A stretch of DNA of 60,581 nucleotides, the filler included, from Nemertoderma westbladi (lineage: Eukaryota; Animalia; Xenacoelomorpha): the NCBI GenBank assembly GCA_032718475.1. It is 3 parts of 3 records of this genome, joined end to end, with 100 filler letters (N's around TTAATTAATTAA, not from the genome) between each part and the next. Parts side by side here need not be neighbours in the genome. Positions count along the whole stretch, not along the records: positions 1 to 19,212 come from JAUCBJ010003791.1; positions 19,313 to 45,754 come from JAUCBJ010002575.1; 1 more part is not named here. One strand, given 5' to 3'. Position 1 is the first letter of the stretch; each line of letters starts with the position of its first letter. The position numbers were made by a program, and so were the translations under genes. A model generated the notes under the pieces. It searched no databases, was not told the origin of the DNA, and worked only from the letters and a program-made list of their open reading frames with translations. Below are positions 11,455 to 23,800 of this stretch, piece by piece.

Positions 11455-12660
11455 AAACATTCAATAATGGTCTATTTAGCACTCCGGTTTTCCATACCTC
11501 CGCTGGGATTTCATCTAATCCACTCGCTTTATTATTGGACATGCTTTTAATGCTTCTTTGGAGTTCGGCAGGTGTAAAGTCCCCTGTTTCTATAGGTAGT
11601 GTCTTGTCATATATTTTCCTTGTAGGGCTGACCTCGATGTTTAGTGGCTGCCCAAGCAAGTTGCTGAAGTGATTTTTCCACTTCCCAACACGTTCTTCAG
11701 GACTATCGGCTTTGATGCGCCTCTTTGCACAACTTTTCCGACCATATACCTCATTTACAGTTTGCCAGATAAGTCTTGATTGTTGCTGTATGTGAGCAGT
11801 TGTAATTTCTTCAATTTTATCCTATATGTACTTTTCCTGGCTGATGTTGTAGGCCAATTTAAGATCGTCCTTAGCTTTCTCAACCTTGTTAATGTTTTCG
11901 GTTGTTGGTTGTTCAGTTTTTACTTTGTAGGCTATCTTAAGATCTTCTCTTTTACAAGTAACCTCAGAGTTTTGCCATGGCACAATACTGTTGTCGTTTG
12001 GGTTTCTGAGGGATATGCCTCTTAGCTGATTCCTTGTGGGCTTTTATTATGTACTGGTATATTGAATCGGTGGACTGGTCTTCATCCATTGACTGAAGTG
12101 CTTCAAAGCGGTTTTGAACTTCTACTGTATAAGCATCCTTTACTTACTGCATTGTCAGTTCTGAGTTTCTCCCAGTCATATTTGATTTGCTTGCTTGTCC
12201 TGGGTTTGCTGGCTCTCAAACGGAGTCTGATTTCTGCAGTCACAATTCAGTGGTCCGAACCAAATAGGTTGAACGAGCTGTATGCCTCGCAGTTGACCAT
12301 GCTGTTTCTCTGTTTTTCTGCTGGCTCTGAGGGATTGGTTGGACTGTAGCAACATATTACTGTTGTCTTGGGATTCCCATCAAATGTTGTTATAATAACC
12401 CTGGAATTTATAGATTCGATGTTGTTTAGGGTCTTAAGTGCAAATGGGCTTAGCAGAATTCCTACTCCACCAATTGATGCATTGGCCGAGTTTCTTGGGC
12501 AGTGTCTTCACGACAAATCCGATGTTTTTGGATACGATGTTATATTCCATTGCCAGAGCGACCATGTCACCCTGTTTGCTATGTGCTTTCAGCGTGCGTG
12601 CGTTCATTGTAGCAATCTTTAGTGTCTTTTTACATTTCAACAGGTTGGTTCTTCTTTCTT
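11455..12660 (-). mobile_element. Internally deleted 5' part of LINE family A (APE endonuclease and linker)
   Basis: Near-identical to blocks of 50495-51760; includes the endonuclease start LKIATMNARTL, CYSPTN and SDH*IV; large deletions relative to the longer copy. Confidence 0.9.
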
Positions 12661-13128
12661 CTCTGTCTTCTGTAAAGTATAGTATCTCATAAAGTAATAA
12701 TTTTAATAATAAAATAATTAATTTATTTAAAATTTATAACATGTTTTACAGAGTCGAAGTCAATGGCTCCGGTGCAACATCGATGGTGTGTGGAACTACT
12801 GTAGTTGTGTTTCAAATGTCTACACCCTAGAATATAACTACTTATTATTAATATACTGTATTATCAATGTTATGGTATTATAAGTACCACCGTATTCAGT
12901 TAATTGAGGACCAAAACAAGAATTCACTGACCTGCAAATATAATAATTTGAGTGGTGGGGGGGGGGGGGGGGGGGGGGGGGGTACGTATTACGTAATGCT
13001 GATAAATAAATACATATAAAACACATTAAACATTCAAAAACACCACAAAACAAATTTCGGTCGCTCCGCTCGCTGTTGTTCCTCTGGCCCTCCCTCCTGT
13101 TGTTCCTGTGGCAGACAACTCTTGAGAA

Positions 13129-13372
13129 AACATATCTCCTAAAATTAACTCGTAAATATATCTTGACAAAATAACTCGTAAACACTAAACATATCTCGTC
13201 AAAATAACTCGTAAACACTAAACATATCTCGTCAAAATAACTCGTAAACACTAAACATATCTCGTCAAAATAACTCGTAAATATATCTTGACAAAATAAC
13301 TCGTAAACACTAAACATATCTCGTCAAAATAACTCGTAAACACTAAACATATCTCGTCAAAATAACTCGTAA
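13129..13372. repeat. 33-bp tandem repeat
   Basis: AAAATAACTCGTAAACACTAAACATATCTCGTC, about 6 copies with 22-bp variants; explains ORF 12838-13317. Confidence 0.9.
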
Positions 13373-13538
13373 ATATTCCTCGTATAAATAACCATTTAAA
13401 AAAAGAAACATTCGACAACTTCTAGTTAATATCCGGATATCTAACCTTCAAATCGATGCTGTTAATTTTTAAAATTTGCTCAGTATTCTATTCGATTGCA
13501 ATTTGATGTGGTTATTCTATGCCGTTGTGGGTGGGTAA

Positions 13539-13617
13539 CATAGCGTACTCTATAAATCCAGCCTCCATAAATTATGAAGGCTGCACGCTTGCAAGGCCTT
13601 TAATAGAGTACGCTATG
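13539..13617. mobile_element. 79-bp hAT-type MITE with 8-bp target-site duplication
   Basis: Perfect 15-bp TIR CATAGCGTACTCTAT; GTGGGTAA directly on both sides (13531-13538, 13618-13625). Confidence 0.85.
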
Positions 13618-14615
13618 GTGGGTAATAACATCAAATGACCCCAACATATTTGTGTCAAGGACAGCTCTACAGTATTAGGTACTGTAGAGGGGTAGAGATG
13701 TCCTTGATGGGTGTAGATAACACACAATGTAGTAAGTACCGGTAGGGCAATCACGAAAGTGATAGTATTTTGAAGATGTGGTGTTGTTTCACGTGCACAT
13801 GCAGATAGGTATGCCTATCTCAGGTAGGGAGACAGGCCCACCACAGAAGCAATTTATTGTTGGCCTAGGCCTATATGGTCGATGGTGCTGCTGTACTCAT
13901 TGATGACATTGCCGGCTCACGTATTTAGTATTTTGTTACATTTAAAATTAAAGTGGAACACGATTAATAGTTGACCTGAAATTGTGCAGTTACCGGTAGG
14001 CTAGTTCATTTTAGCATAACTGCGCAGCGGTCCGTAGCTACCTCCTACCGGGAGAATTCTGATCACTTTCCCTATGAATTTTTGAAATGTTATTGTACAA
14101 TAACTGCATTGTAACTGTTATAGGCCTAAGTGTCTGTAACTGTAAGTGTAACTCACACTATAAGTGTAGGCCTAACTAAGGCCCTACGTACCTACAGTGT
14201 AGACAGTTCAACATTATATTCAACATTACAGTGTATAACAGATCTGTTACGGTATATTTCAAGTAGGCCTACCGATACCAACTAAAACTGTAATCGGTTT
14301 TAGATAAATTTAATGATTAATTTCAGCATATATCATAAATATTTATAATTTATTTTTTACGTAGGCCTACATTGTTCATTTATGACTTGTTTGCCATGTT
14401 TTATTGTTGTACTGTAATGTTTGTTTTTATTCAATAAAACCACCGGGGACTATAAATTAAATGAGATGAGATGAGATGAGATGTACAGTAGTACTGTAGA
14501 TGTTATTGTACAGTATGGTACCGGTCTACCGGTGCAGTAGAAGCAGTACGCAGTAGGCCTCCTATAAGTAACCTGTTTTATATCTAAGTAACCTAAATTA
14601 CGTATTTCTGTCGAA

Positions 14616-14831
14616 ATGAGTCATACGATCTTCCCAGGGACAAATGTGATGATAATGTTTCGTTTCTCGTTTGTTTTAACTTTTATTTTGTTGGGTAGCG
14701 TTCATTCTAATAGTATCCACAGCATCAGCACCCCACCTGTCAATCAAGATTTTAACATGTCATTTTGCACTCAATGTTTCATTCATCAGAACGAGTCTGT
14801 CTGGGCGTCATGGCGAAATTCCGAATTCAAG
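14616..14831 (+). CDS. TGF-beta superfamily (activin/myostatin-like) precursor, exon 1
   Basis: Signal peptide MFRFSFVLTFILLGSVHS (ATG at 14616, 14649 or 14655), CTQC motif, donor AAG|GTGAGT, phase 0. Confidence 0.75.
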
Positions 14832-14919
14832 GTGAGTTTCAGCATTTTTTTAATACTACAATGTGCGTATTGTAGTAATTATTCAGCCGAAACAAAGTAC
14901 CATATTGCAATATTAAAGC

Positions 14920-15258
14920 GGGTGAGTACAAAACAAACACCCAAAGACTAAAGACCTGAACAAAACCCATGTGTTAACTTTCGTTTATTGTTTTGGTTCC
15001 TACAATATGCCTCTGTATCCTGCCCCTTTAAAAGGCAATGGGACCTAACGCTCTTTGGTAACTGTACGAAACAAAGAGGTACTGTAAAGTCGCGTTAGGT
15101 TCCATGTCCCAATGAGCGTTAGGTCCCATTTAAATGAGCAGGTTAATAAAGAAGCAGGTTACAGAGGCGCGTTTGGGGAAGCAAAACAATAAACAAAGTC
15201 AACACATGTTACAAGATTATGCAGGTTACTTAATTGGGTCTTTGTTTTGTACTCACCC
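14920..15258. mobile_element. Palindromic MITE in intron 1 of the TGF-beta-like gene
   Basis: Ends GGGTGAGTACAAAACAAA / TTTGTTTTGTACTCACCC; internal mirrored AATGGGACCTAACGCTC / GAGCGTTAGGTCCCATT. Confidence 0.8.
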
Positions 15259-16039
15259 ATAGTAAAGCTAATAATTAATTAAGCATTCAGAACGCCGGTA
15301 AGTTGATATAATATTAAACGTTCAAGCGGAAACTTCGCAGCTATGCAGTACAGGCTAGACCAAAGACCATACGTTTTTGTGAGCTTTTAAATCGAATGCG
15401 ATTACCCAGTCTGCCTTTATGTGCTAAAGGGACATCTGCTTATATTTTTTTTATAATTCTTTCGAGTTAACACTTATCAAAAGTTTATGTAAAGTGCTGC
15501 GCGAAGGCCCCCACTTCGTGTTTGATAATATATTATAAAATCTACCACAAATGGATTAGTTCATTGAAGTCAACCTCCATTCCAGCCAAATACATTCGAT
15601 AACTGAACTTCACATACCGGTAATTCTATTAGATTAGGTTCTAACATGTAAAACGCATTAAACATTGTCATGGTGTACAAAAAAGTTCGCCCATGTGAAT
15701 AATAACAGGTTCTCACTTTTCGGTCGAAATTCTACTGGAATTTTATATATGAAGATTTTCTATTTTACCGAAGTTCTCAGTATTAAGTGTTTTATAGCGA
15801 TTATTTCTGTCTTACAGTATAACCTGTGTAGATAGGCCTACTTATTCGTTTATTGTTTTGCTTAGAATCAGCCCTTCTGTAACCTGTGGTTTTAGTGAAA
15901 ACCTGGTATTATTCTTCACATGGGGGTAAACTGCAAAGTTAAATATAACAGCAGTAAGACTGGTATACTTCACATGGGCCAAAAAAACGTTTCTAGGTTT
16001 AGCAATTAGACTACTGTATGAATAACGATTTGTTTCCAG

Positions 16040-16223
16040 GATATTATGCTACACAGTCTGGGGATTGAGTCGTCGGAATTGAATGTCACCGCGGATAAAA
16101 TTGCGAAAATAAAGAGTTTGGATGTGATAAAAAAGCTAGAGAGGGACATTGATCGCGATAACACAGAGGCAATGAACAACTCGAACAAATTAGATAGTGT
16201 CATAATTATTGTTGGTACAACAA
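16040..16223 (+). CDS. TGF-beta-like precursor, exon 2
   Basis: TTTCCAG acceptor; DIMLHSLGI (straitjacket helix, compare QILSKLRL); donor A|GTAAGT, phase 1. Confidence 0.78.
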
Positions 16224-16367
16224 GTAAGTAAATAACATTTAGTTATTTACAATAATAACCAAACATAACATTACTGTATAATACAATTTAATTTATCATT
16301 TAATTCGTCTGTATTATAATTTACTAAATGATCCCCGTAATATCAAACCTTTTCTTCGCGTTTTCAG

Positions 16368-16510
16368 TACCCGAAACCGATAACCAATGTTGTCACTTCA
16401 ACATGGGGGGAGAGATGCCGGAAAAAATCGCGAACGCCATGGTTAATGTGTTCGTTCGCGATAATAGCGGACCTGAAGATGTTAAAAGGGACCAAAAATA
16501 TGTATTAAAG
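16368..16510 (+). CDS. TGF-beta-like precursor, exon 3
   Basis: TTTTCAG acceptor; QCCHFNM..KIANAMVNVFVR (compare myostatin KCCFFKF..KVVKAQLWIYLR); donor AAG|GTAAAT, phase 0. Confidence 0.8.
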
Positions 16511-17417
16511 GTAAATAAATGCAATATTATGCGGCTAATTATTAATTAATACTTAAATGTAATGGCCTGTAATGTAACTGTAATGACCTGCAAAGCAGAG
16601 GCGGCTTTGTTCTAGTGTCAAGCTTGGGGGAACCAATGAGACACTTCCAATGTTATATAGTGTCTGGTTGACGATGTGTGCATTGTACTTGACACAATGT
16701 ACCCGACACATTTAACAAAATTTAAGAAATTCCACAAAAATATTTTCTGTTACTTTTGTTGTTACTTTTTTTCCCTAAGTAAAAAAGTGAAACTTTTTCT
16801 CCCGATTTTGGGGTATATTCGAGGGAATAAGTAACAATTTAAGAATAAAGTAGTTTACTTTTATTTTAATTCAAATTACAAGAATTGAATTTGAAAAAAT
16901 ATTATATAAGAAGATTTAAAATTAAACGACTAACATTATATTAATTAAAATTAATATAATTCAAATGTAAACCATTAGACGGGATAATAAATGAAAAGGA
17001 TGAAGGTGAAGGTTAACACAATGTTGAGCAATTCTAGTCCTTTTCATTCATTTTCATTATATTAATTAATTAGTTGTTTTTGTGTAATTTATATTTTATA
17101 TTTGCTGAGCACATAAACACTAACAGTACTACTGGTTAATCAGTGGGTGGTAAAGTAGTAGTAGGCCGTTAGTATTAGTAGTGGTAATATATTCTATGGC
17201 GCCTGGCGCCATACAAAATTTGATTGGTGGCGCCGGCAGTGCCATCAGCAAATTTCCAAAAAAATACTGCTTAAATTTGTTACACTTAATTTTGTAAGAC
17301 ATCACTAGGGGTTGAACCAGTGCTATACGGTAAAGTTTAAAGCTAACATTCAACTATGTAGTGTATTGGGTAATACTTCTTACTTTACAAGTAAATAAAG
17401 TGCTATTTACGTTGCAG

Positions 17418-17532
17418 CTGTTTCTCAGAAATGGAACTAAAGTTGCAGAAGCTGTCTTCAACGTTCCTGAAATATCGGCGCCTGGAGCGGTTGCCAATTT
17501 CAACATGAACGCTACAAATTTCAAGCGTCAAA
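17418..17532 (+). CDS. TGF-beta-like precursor, exon 4
   Basis: TTGCAG acceptor; open frame LFLRNGTKVAEAVFNV..NFKRQ; donor A|GTAAGT; phases fit both neighbours. Confidence 0.75.
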
Positions 17533-17840
17533 GTAAGTGAAACCGCAGTCATTCTAAAAGTTCCATATTATTTTTCTAACTTGTCTCAAAAAGTTTCATG
17601 AGGTTTTCACATACCGCGAAGCAAGAACCACCAATAGGTGAAAATTCCCTCAAAGAGTGACCGAAGATTGATGGTACATATTACCTGTGATATTGGCAGT
17701 GTGATTAAATCCATACACAACATTTTTTACAGCATATTTAAGTGCTAAAGTATGTATTTCAATATAATTTCATATATTGTTTGTCTCTTATACAACATAT
17801 TTTTGTCGTCATCTATTAAATTATTTATTTTTTAATAAAG

Positions 17841-18019
17841 TTAAGAAATGGGGTAGTCTTAACCACGATAATTCCGGCATAATAGTTGACGTGCGTCTTG
17901 GGAGTGAATGTGCCACTGGGATCGATGGAGTACTGAGATGTAATGTAACAACCGGCCCAGACCTTACTGATTGCGGGCCAGAGTGGCCAGACCAACCAAG
18001 TTCTGGTCGCAATTGTTCG
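17841..18019 (+). CDS. TGF-beta-like precursor, exon 5 (gene incomplete)
   Basis: IKKWGSLNHDNSGIIVDV (compare LQNWLKQPESNLGIEIK); donor TCG|GTAAGT; no cystine-knot exon before the gap. Confidence 0.75.
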
Positions 18020-18420
18020 GTAAGTAATCAGTCCGACAGGTCATCAGTCTCATTTAACGTATAGTTGATTAAATTTAAATTATAATAAAGCTGAATAGAA
18101 TCTATTTACTTGACTACAATATTTAATACTGTAGTTGCTATTGAACTAGTTCGAAAATTAGTCTATTTATTTCCTAATTGTAAATATTAAACTTAATAAA
18201 TTCTCATCGCGTAGCGTAAGTTCTGTCTTCATCTCTTTAACTCAACAATTTATTCAGATTTGAAACTACACCGCGCGCATACAGTATTCTGATGGCGCTG
18301 TACTGTCATGGCATCTGCTAGGGTCAAAATCCTATATTTTACTCTTCAATATATTAATATTGCGAGTAATAATATCAATAATATTACATCATTGTGCAAT
18401 ATTATTACACGTTAATTCAA

Positions 18421-19212
18421 TACTACTACTACTAGGTCGAGCGAACTCGGACAGTGGAAATGAGATCCTTCCAGGCTTCCCGATTCTCAATAGTTGTCGC
18501 AATTTCGTTTCTCCCAAGTTCAGTATCCCTTTCAAGTTGATCTATATATGTTATGGCCGGTCGTCCACGACTACGCTTTCCAAGAGTTGGTTGCCAGAAA
18601 AGTACATCTGGTATGACCTCGTCTTTACTTCGCCAGCAGTGCCCACTGAATCTTAATCTGCGTTCACGGAGGGTGGTTGATACAGGTGGTATTGTACCAT
18701 AAAGCTCGGCGTTTGTCATGTGTTGTCTCCAGCTGATGTTTAGGGCTGCCCTTAGTAGTCTTGTGTAGCAACCATCAATTCGTTGTTCAAGTGATTTAGT
18801 CAGTGTCCAGGTCTCACCCCCGTATAAAAATACACTTTCCACTGTGGCTCGAAAGAACTTGGTCTTCAGGTGCCTGGAGAGATCTGATTTCCAGATGGTA
18901 TCCATTTTTGATAGAGCTGCCCAAGCCTTTGCTTTCCTAACTTCTATGTCCTTTTTGCTACTCTCTATCCATGATCCAAGGTACTAGAAGTCATCGACCT
19001 TCCTTAGTTGATTATTATCAATGGTTGTCAAGTTTCCATCAACATTAAAGGTCATGAATTCGGTCTTGGTAGCATTTATATGCAATCCAACCACCTTAGC
19101 AGCCCTCTATAATTTATTTAGTAGAAGCTGTGCATCTGTTAGCGTATTAGAGAGCAGGGCGATGTCATCCGCAAAGTCGGTGTCTGCGACTGTAGTTGCC
19201 GGATATCTTCTA
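18421..19212 (-). mobile_element. 3' part of LINE family A (RT C-terminus), truncated by the gap
   Basis: DFADDIAL, ERRLRFSGHCWR; (TAG)n tail that includes the stop codon; near-identical to 49125-49900. Confidence 0.92.
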
Positions 19213-19312
19213 NNNNNNNNNNNNNNNNNNNNNNNNNNNNNNNNNNNNNNNNNNNNTTAATTAATTAANNNNNNNNNNNNNNNNNNNNNNNNNNNNNNNN
19301 NNNNNNNNNNNN
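19213..19312. other. Artificial 100-nt linker (N44-TTAATTAATTAA-N44)
   Basis: N-runs around a 12-mer giving stops in all six frames. Confidence 0.97.
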
Positions 19313-19467
19313 CTTTTTGCCGAAACGCAACTATTTTTGCGGAATCGCGACTTTTTATGCCGAAACGCATTTTTTTGCCGAAACGTATCTTTTTTGCCGA
19401 AACGTAACTTTTTTGCCGAATCACGACTGTTGCCGAAACCCGACAGTTGCCGAAACGCGATGTAACC
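19313..19467. repeat. TTTTTGCCGAAACG tandem units, probable sub-terminal repeat of a DNA element
   Basis: About 8 degenerate copies ending in TGTAACC. Confidence 0.65.
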
Positions 19468-19654
19468 AACCCAACAGCTAAGAAGAAGGGTTTTCTAGGA
19501 GGTTATGAATCTTTCTCTGCTACCAGATCCTCAAAACATCCAAATGCTAAACGTTTTGACGGCGGGGAAACTATTTTAGTAAAAAACAACTTAGCCAGTA
19601 GCCAAATTACTCAATAGCCAACCTCCCGCTGCAATAGATTTGGGAAAACAAAAG

Positions 19655-19720
19655 CTGACCCGGGGATCGAACTCACTGTCTTTGGCATGAATGTCGGCTC
19701 TCTAACCTCCGAGCAAGCTG
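19655..19720 (-). mobile_element. tRNA-derived SINE-like head
   Basis: Minus strand reads GCTCGGAGGTTAGAG (A-box-like) ... GAGTTCGATCCCCGG (B box). Confidence 0.45.
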
Positions 19721-19845
19721 AACAATTTCCCTGATCCCAATCCCGTGATCAATACATACTATACTGGGTTCTAGCTACATATTTTATGGGATGTAAATTT
19801 AATTACGAAAACAACTATATTAATTAGGCATATTCGTGCAATTAA

Positions 19846-20138
19846 TTAATTGAGAGCAGTTCTATTATATTCTAATAATTGTTCATCATTAGGGTATGTT
19901 GCCATGGTTTCTCGATCATGTCGCCTTGGAGCCCGACTGGGCAAATTGGTAGCCAACCAGCTGTCTTTGTAATCAATTGGCGAGAAGCAGGTGTTAGGAA
20001 TCAGGCTATCGTCGCTCATTGGTATTCGCCTGCCTAACTTCACGCGGAACATATTGGTTGGTTGGTTGAGCGCGTCTCGGCGGTAGTTGATTGGCCGGTC
20101 AAACATGTAGCGACCACCTTGGAATGCATTAATCACAC
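19846..20138 (-). CDS. Uncharacterised 328-aa protein, coding exon 5 (last)
   Basis: TTTACAG acceptor, phase 1; GVINAFQGGRY..RTALN*. Confidence 0.75.
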
Positions 20139-20282
20139 CTGTAAATGTAACCGGTATGATTTGGACGTATTAAAACCGCTAATGGAAAATTTTAACAAAA
20201 AATGCTGGTGGCTGGTGGGGATATGGGTGGGACATTTCTGGAACATTCCACATATTGTAATTTATAAAGAACAATAATTAAC

Positions 20283-20529
20283 CGTGGTTTCCTGGAGTAA
20301 CCAGCTTCCTGTATGCAACAGTGTGACCTCTTTGCGGTCCGACTCCACCTTCTAGGACCCAGGTTGGATGTCTGCGGAACGGAGGCAGGTTTATGTCGTT
20401 CACAGTGCCTTCAAGGTCCCGGATTCTCATACCAGTAGCTATCGTATGGGGGCGCTGCAGAATGGGTGCAGTCAGAGGGTTGTAAGAACGGTTTCGAACT
20501 GCTGCAGCATCAGCGTGGGGTTTCAATGA
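20283..20529 (-). CDS. Uncharacterised 328-aa protein, coding exon 4
   Basis: TTTTTCAG acceptor, phase 0; SLKPHADAAAVR..PGNH; donor G|GTTAAT, phase 1. Confidence 0.75.
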
Positions 20530-20895
20530 CTGAAAAATATTATATATTTACCAATATAATATATTATATACACCCCCAGTCGGGGTAAATGGGGGACGGG
20601 TTGTTAAAATTAATAAATTAAATAAATAATAAAATAAAAATCAATATTTACCAATATTTACCAATATAATATGTAATAAAATATAAATAGAATATTACCA
20701 TAAAATACATAGATAGCATGACATCACGTACGGTACCGATTATATATATATACTTAAACTTAATAATATTTGTACTATTTTTATGGAATTTCTTCGAATT
20801 TCCATGTAAATCTTTCTTTCTTGTCATCCATTCATACACTTTGTTCACACGTTTGATTTGCGCTGAAAAGTGATTGAGTGAATTAATATCCATAT

Positions 20896-23800
20896 GACTC
20901 ACCTTACACAATGCGCGGAGTTCCACGGTATAGTTGTCTACCAGTTGTGACTCACCCTACACAATGCGCGGAGTTCCACGGTATAGTTGTCTACCAGTTG
21001 TGACTCACCTTATACAATGCGCGGAGTTCCACGGTATAGTTGTCTACCAGTTGTGACTCACCTTATACAATGCGAGGAGTTCCACGGTATAGTTGTCTAC
21101 CAGTTGTGACTCACCTTATACAATGCGAGGAGTTCCACGGTATAGTTGTCTACCAGTTGTGACTCACCTTATACAATGCACGGAGTTCCGCGGTATAGTT
21201 GTCTACCAGTTGTGTCTCACCTTATACAATGCGCGGAGTTCCACGGTATAGTTGTCTACCAGTTGTGACTCACCTTATACAATGCGAGGAGTTCCACGGT
21301 ATAGTTGTCTACCAGTTGTGACTCACCTTATACAATGCGCTGAGTTCCACGGTATAGTTGTCTACCAGTTGTGACTCACCTTATACAATGCGCGGAGTTC
21401 CACGGTATAGTTGTCAACCAGTTGTGACTCACCTTATACAATGCGCGGAGTTCCACGGTATAGTTGTCTACCAGTTGTGACTCACCCTATACAATGCACG
21501 GAGTTCCACAGTATAGTTGTCTACCAGTGGTGACTCACCTTATACAATGCGCGGAGTTCCACGGTATAGTTGTCAACCAGTTGTGACTCACCCTACACAA
21601 TGCACGGAGTTCCACGGTATAGTTGTCTACCAGTTGTGACTCACCCTATACAATGCGCGGAGTTCCACGGTATAGTTGTCTACCAGTTGTGACTCACCCT
21701 ATACAATGCACGGAGTTCCACGGTATAGTTGTCTACCAGTTGTGACTCACCTTATACAATGCACGGAGTTCCACGGTATAGTTGTCAACCAGTTGTGACT
21801 CACCCTATACAATGCGAGGAGTTCCACGGTATAGTTGTCAACCAGTTGTGACTCACCTTATACAATGCACGGAGTTCCACGGTATAGTTGTCTACCAGTT
21901 GTGACTCACCTTATACAATGCGCGGAGTTCCACGGTATAGTTGTCTACCAGTTGTGACTCACCTTATACAATGCGCGGAGTTCCTCGGTATAGTTGTCTA
22001 CCAGTTGTGACTCACCTTATACAATGCGAGGAGTTCCACGGTATAGTTGTCTACCAGTTGTGACTCACCTTATACAATGCACGGAGTTCCACGGTATAGT
22101 TGTCTACCAGTTGTGACTCACCTTATACAATGCGCGGAGTTCCACGGTATAGTTGTCTACCAGTTGTGACTCACCTTATACAATGCGCGGAGTTCCACGG
22201 TATAGTTGTCTACCAGTTGTGACTCACCTTATACAATGCACGGAGTTCCACGGTATAGTTGTCTACCAGTTGTGACTCACCCTATACAATGCACGGAGTT
22301 CCACGGTATAGTTGTCTACCAGTTGTGACTCACCTTATACAATGCGCGGAGTTCCACGGTATAGTTGTCTACCAGTTGTGACTCACCCTATACAATGCGC
22401 GGAGTTCCACGGTATAGTTGTCTACCAGTTGTGACTCACCCTATACAATGCACGGAGTTCCACGGTATAGTTGTCTACCAGTTGTGACTCACCCTATACA
22501 ATGCACGGAGTTCCACGGTATAGTTGTCTACCAGTTGTGACTCACCTTATACAATGCACGGAGTTCCACGGTATAGTTGTCTACCAGTTGTGACTCACCC
22601 TATACAATGCACGGAGTTCCACGGTATAGTTGTCTACCAGTTGTGACTCACCTTATACAATGCGCGGAGTTCCACGGTATAGTTGTCTACCAGTTGTGAC
22701 TCACCTTATACAATGCGCGGAGTTCCACGGTATAGTTGTCTACCAGTTGTGACTCACCTTATACAATGCGCGGAGTTCCACGGTATAGTTGTCTACCAGT
22801 TGTGACTCACCTTATACAATGCACGGAGTTCCACGGTATAGTTGTCTACCAGTTGTGACTCACCTTATACAATGCGCGGAGTTCCACGGTATAGTTGTCT
22901 ACCAGTTGTGACTCACCCTATACAATGCGCGGAGTTCCACGGTATAGTTGTCTACCAGTTGTGACTCACCCTATACAATGCACGGAGTTCCACGGTATAG
23001 TTGTCTACCAGTTGTGACTCACCCTATACAATGCACGGAGTTCCACGGTATAGTTGTCTACCAGTTGTGACTCACCTTATACAATGCACGGAGTTCCACG
23101 GTATAGTTGTCTACCAGTTGTGACTCACCTTATACAATGCGCGGAGTTCCACGGTATAGTTGTCTACCAGTTGTGACTCACCTTATACAATGCGCGGAGT
23201 TCCACGGTATAGTTGTCTACCAGTTGTGACTCACCTTATACAATGCACGGAGTTCCACGGTATAGTTGTCTACCAGTTGTGACTCACCTTATACAATGCG
23301 CGGAGTTCCACGGTATAGTTGTCTACCAGTTGTGACTCACCCTATACAATGCGCGGAGTTCCACGGTATAGTTGTCTACCAGTTGTGACTCACCTTATAC
23401 AATGCACGGAGTTCCACGGTATAGTTGTCTACCAGTTGTGACTCACCTTATACAATGCGCGGAGTTCCACGGTATAGTTGTCTACCAGTTGTGACTCACC
23501 TTATACAATGCGCGGAGTTCCACGGTATAGTTGTCTACCAGTTGTGACTCACCTTATACAATGCGCGGAGTTCCACGGTATAGTTGTCTACCAGTTGTGA
23601 CTCACCTTATACAATGCACGGAGTTCCACGGTATAGTTGTCTACCAGTTGTGACTCACCTTATACAATGCACGGAGTTCCACGGTATAGTTGTCTACCAG
23701 TTGTGACTCACCCTATACAATGCACGGAGTTCCACGGTATAGTTGTCTACCAGTTGTGACTCACCTTATACAATGCGCGGAGTTCCACGGTATAGTTGTC

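Noticed and set aside
11455-19212. One LINE interrupted by, or carrying, the TGF-beta-like gene
   Set aside because: On the minus strand the 3' part precedes the 5' part, so these are separate insertions
20648-20926. ORF starting in the last satellite unit
   Set aside because: Satellite copy running into AT-rich intron sequence
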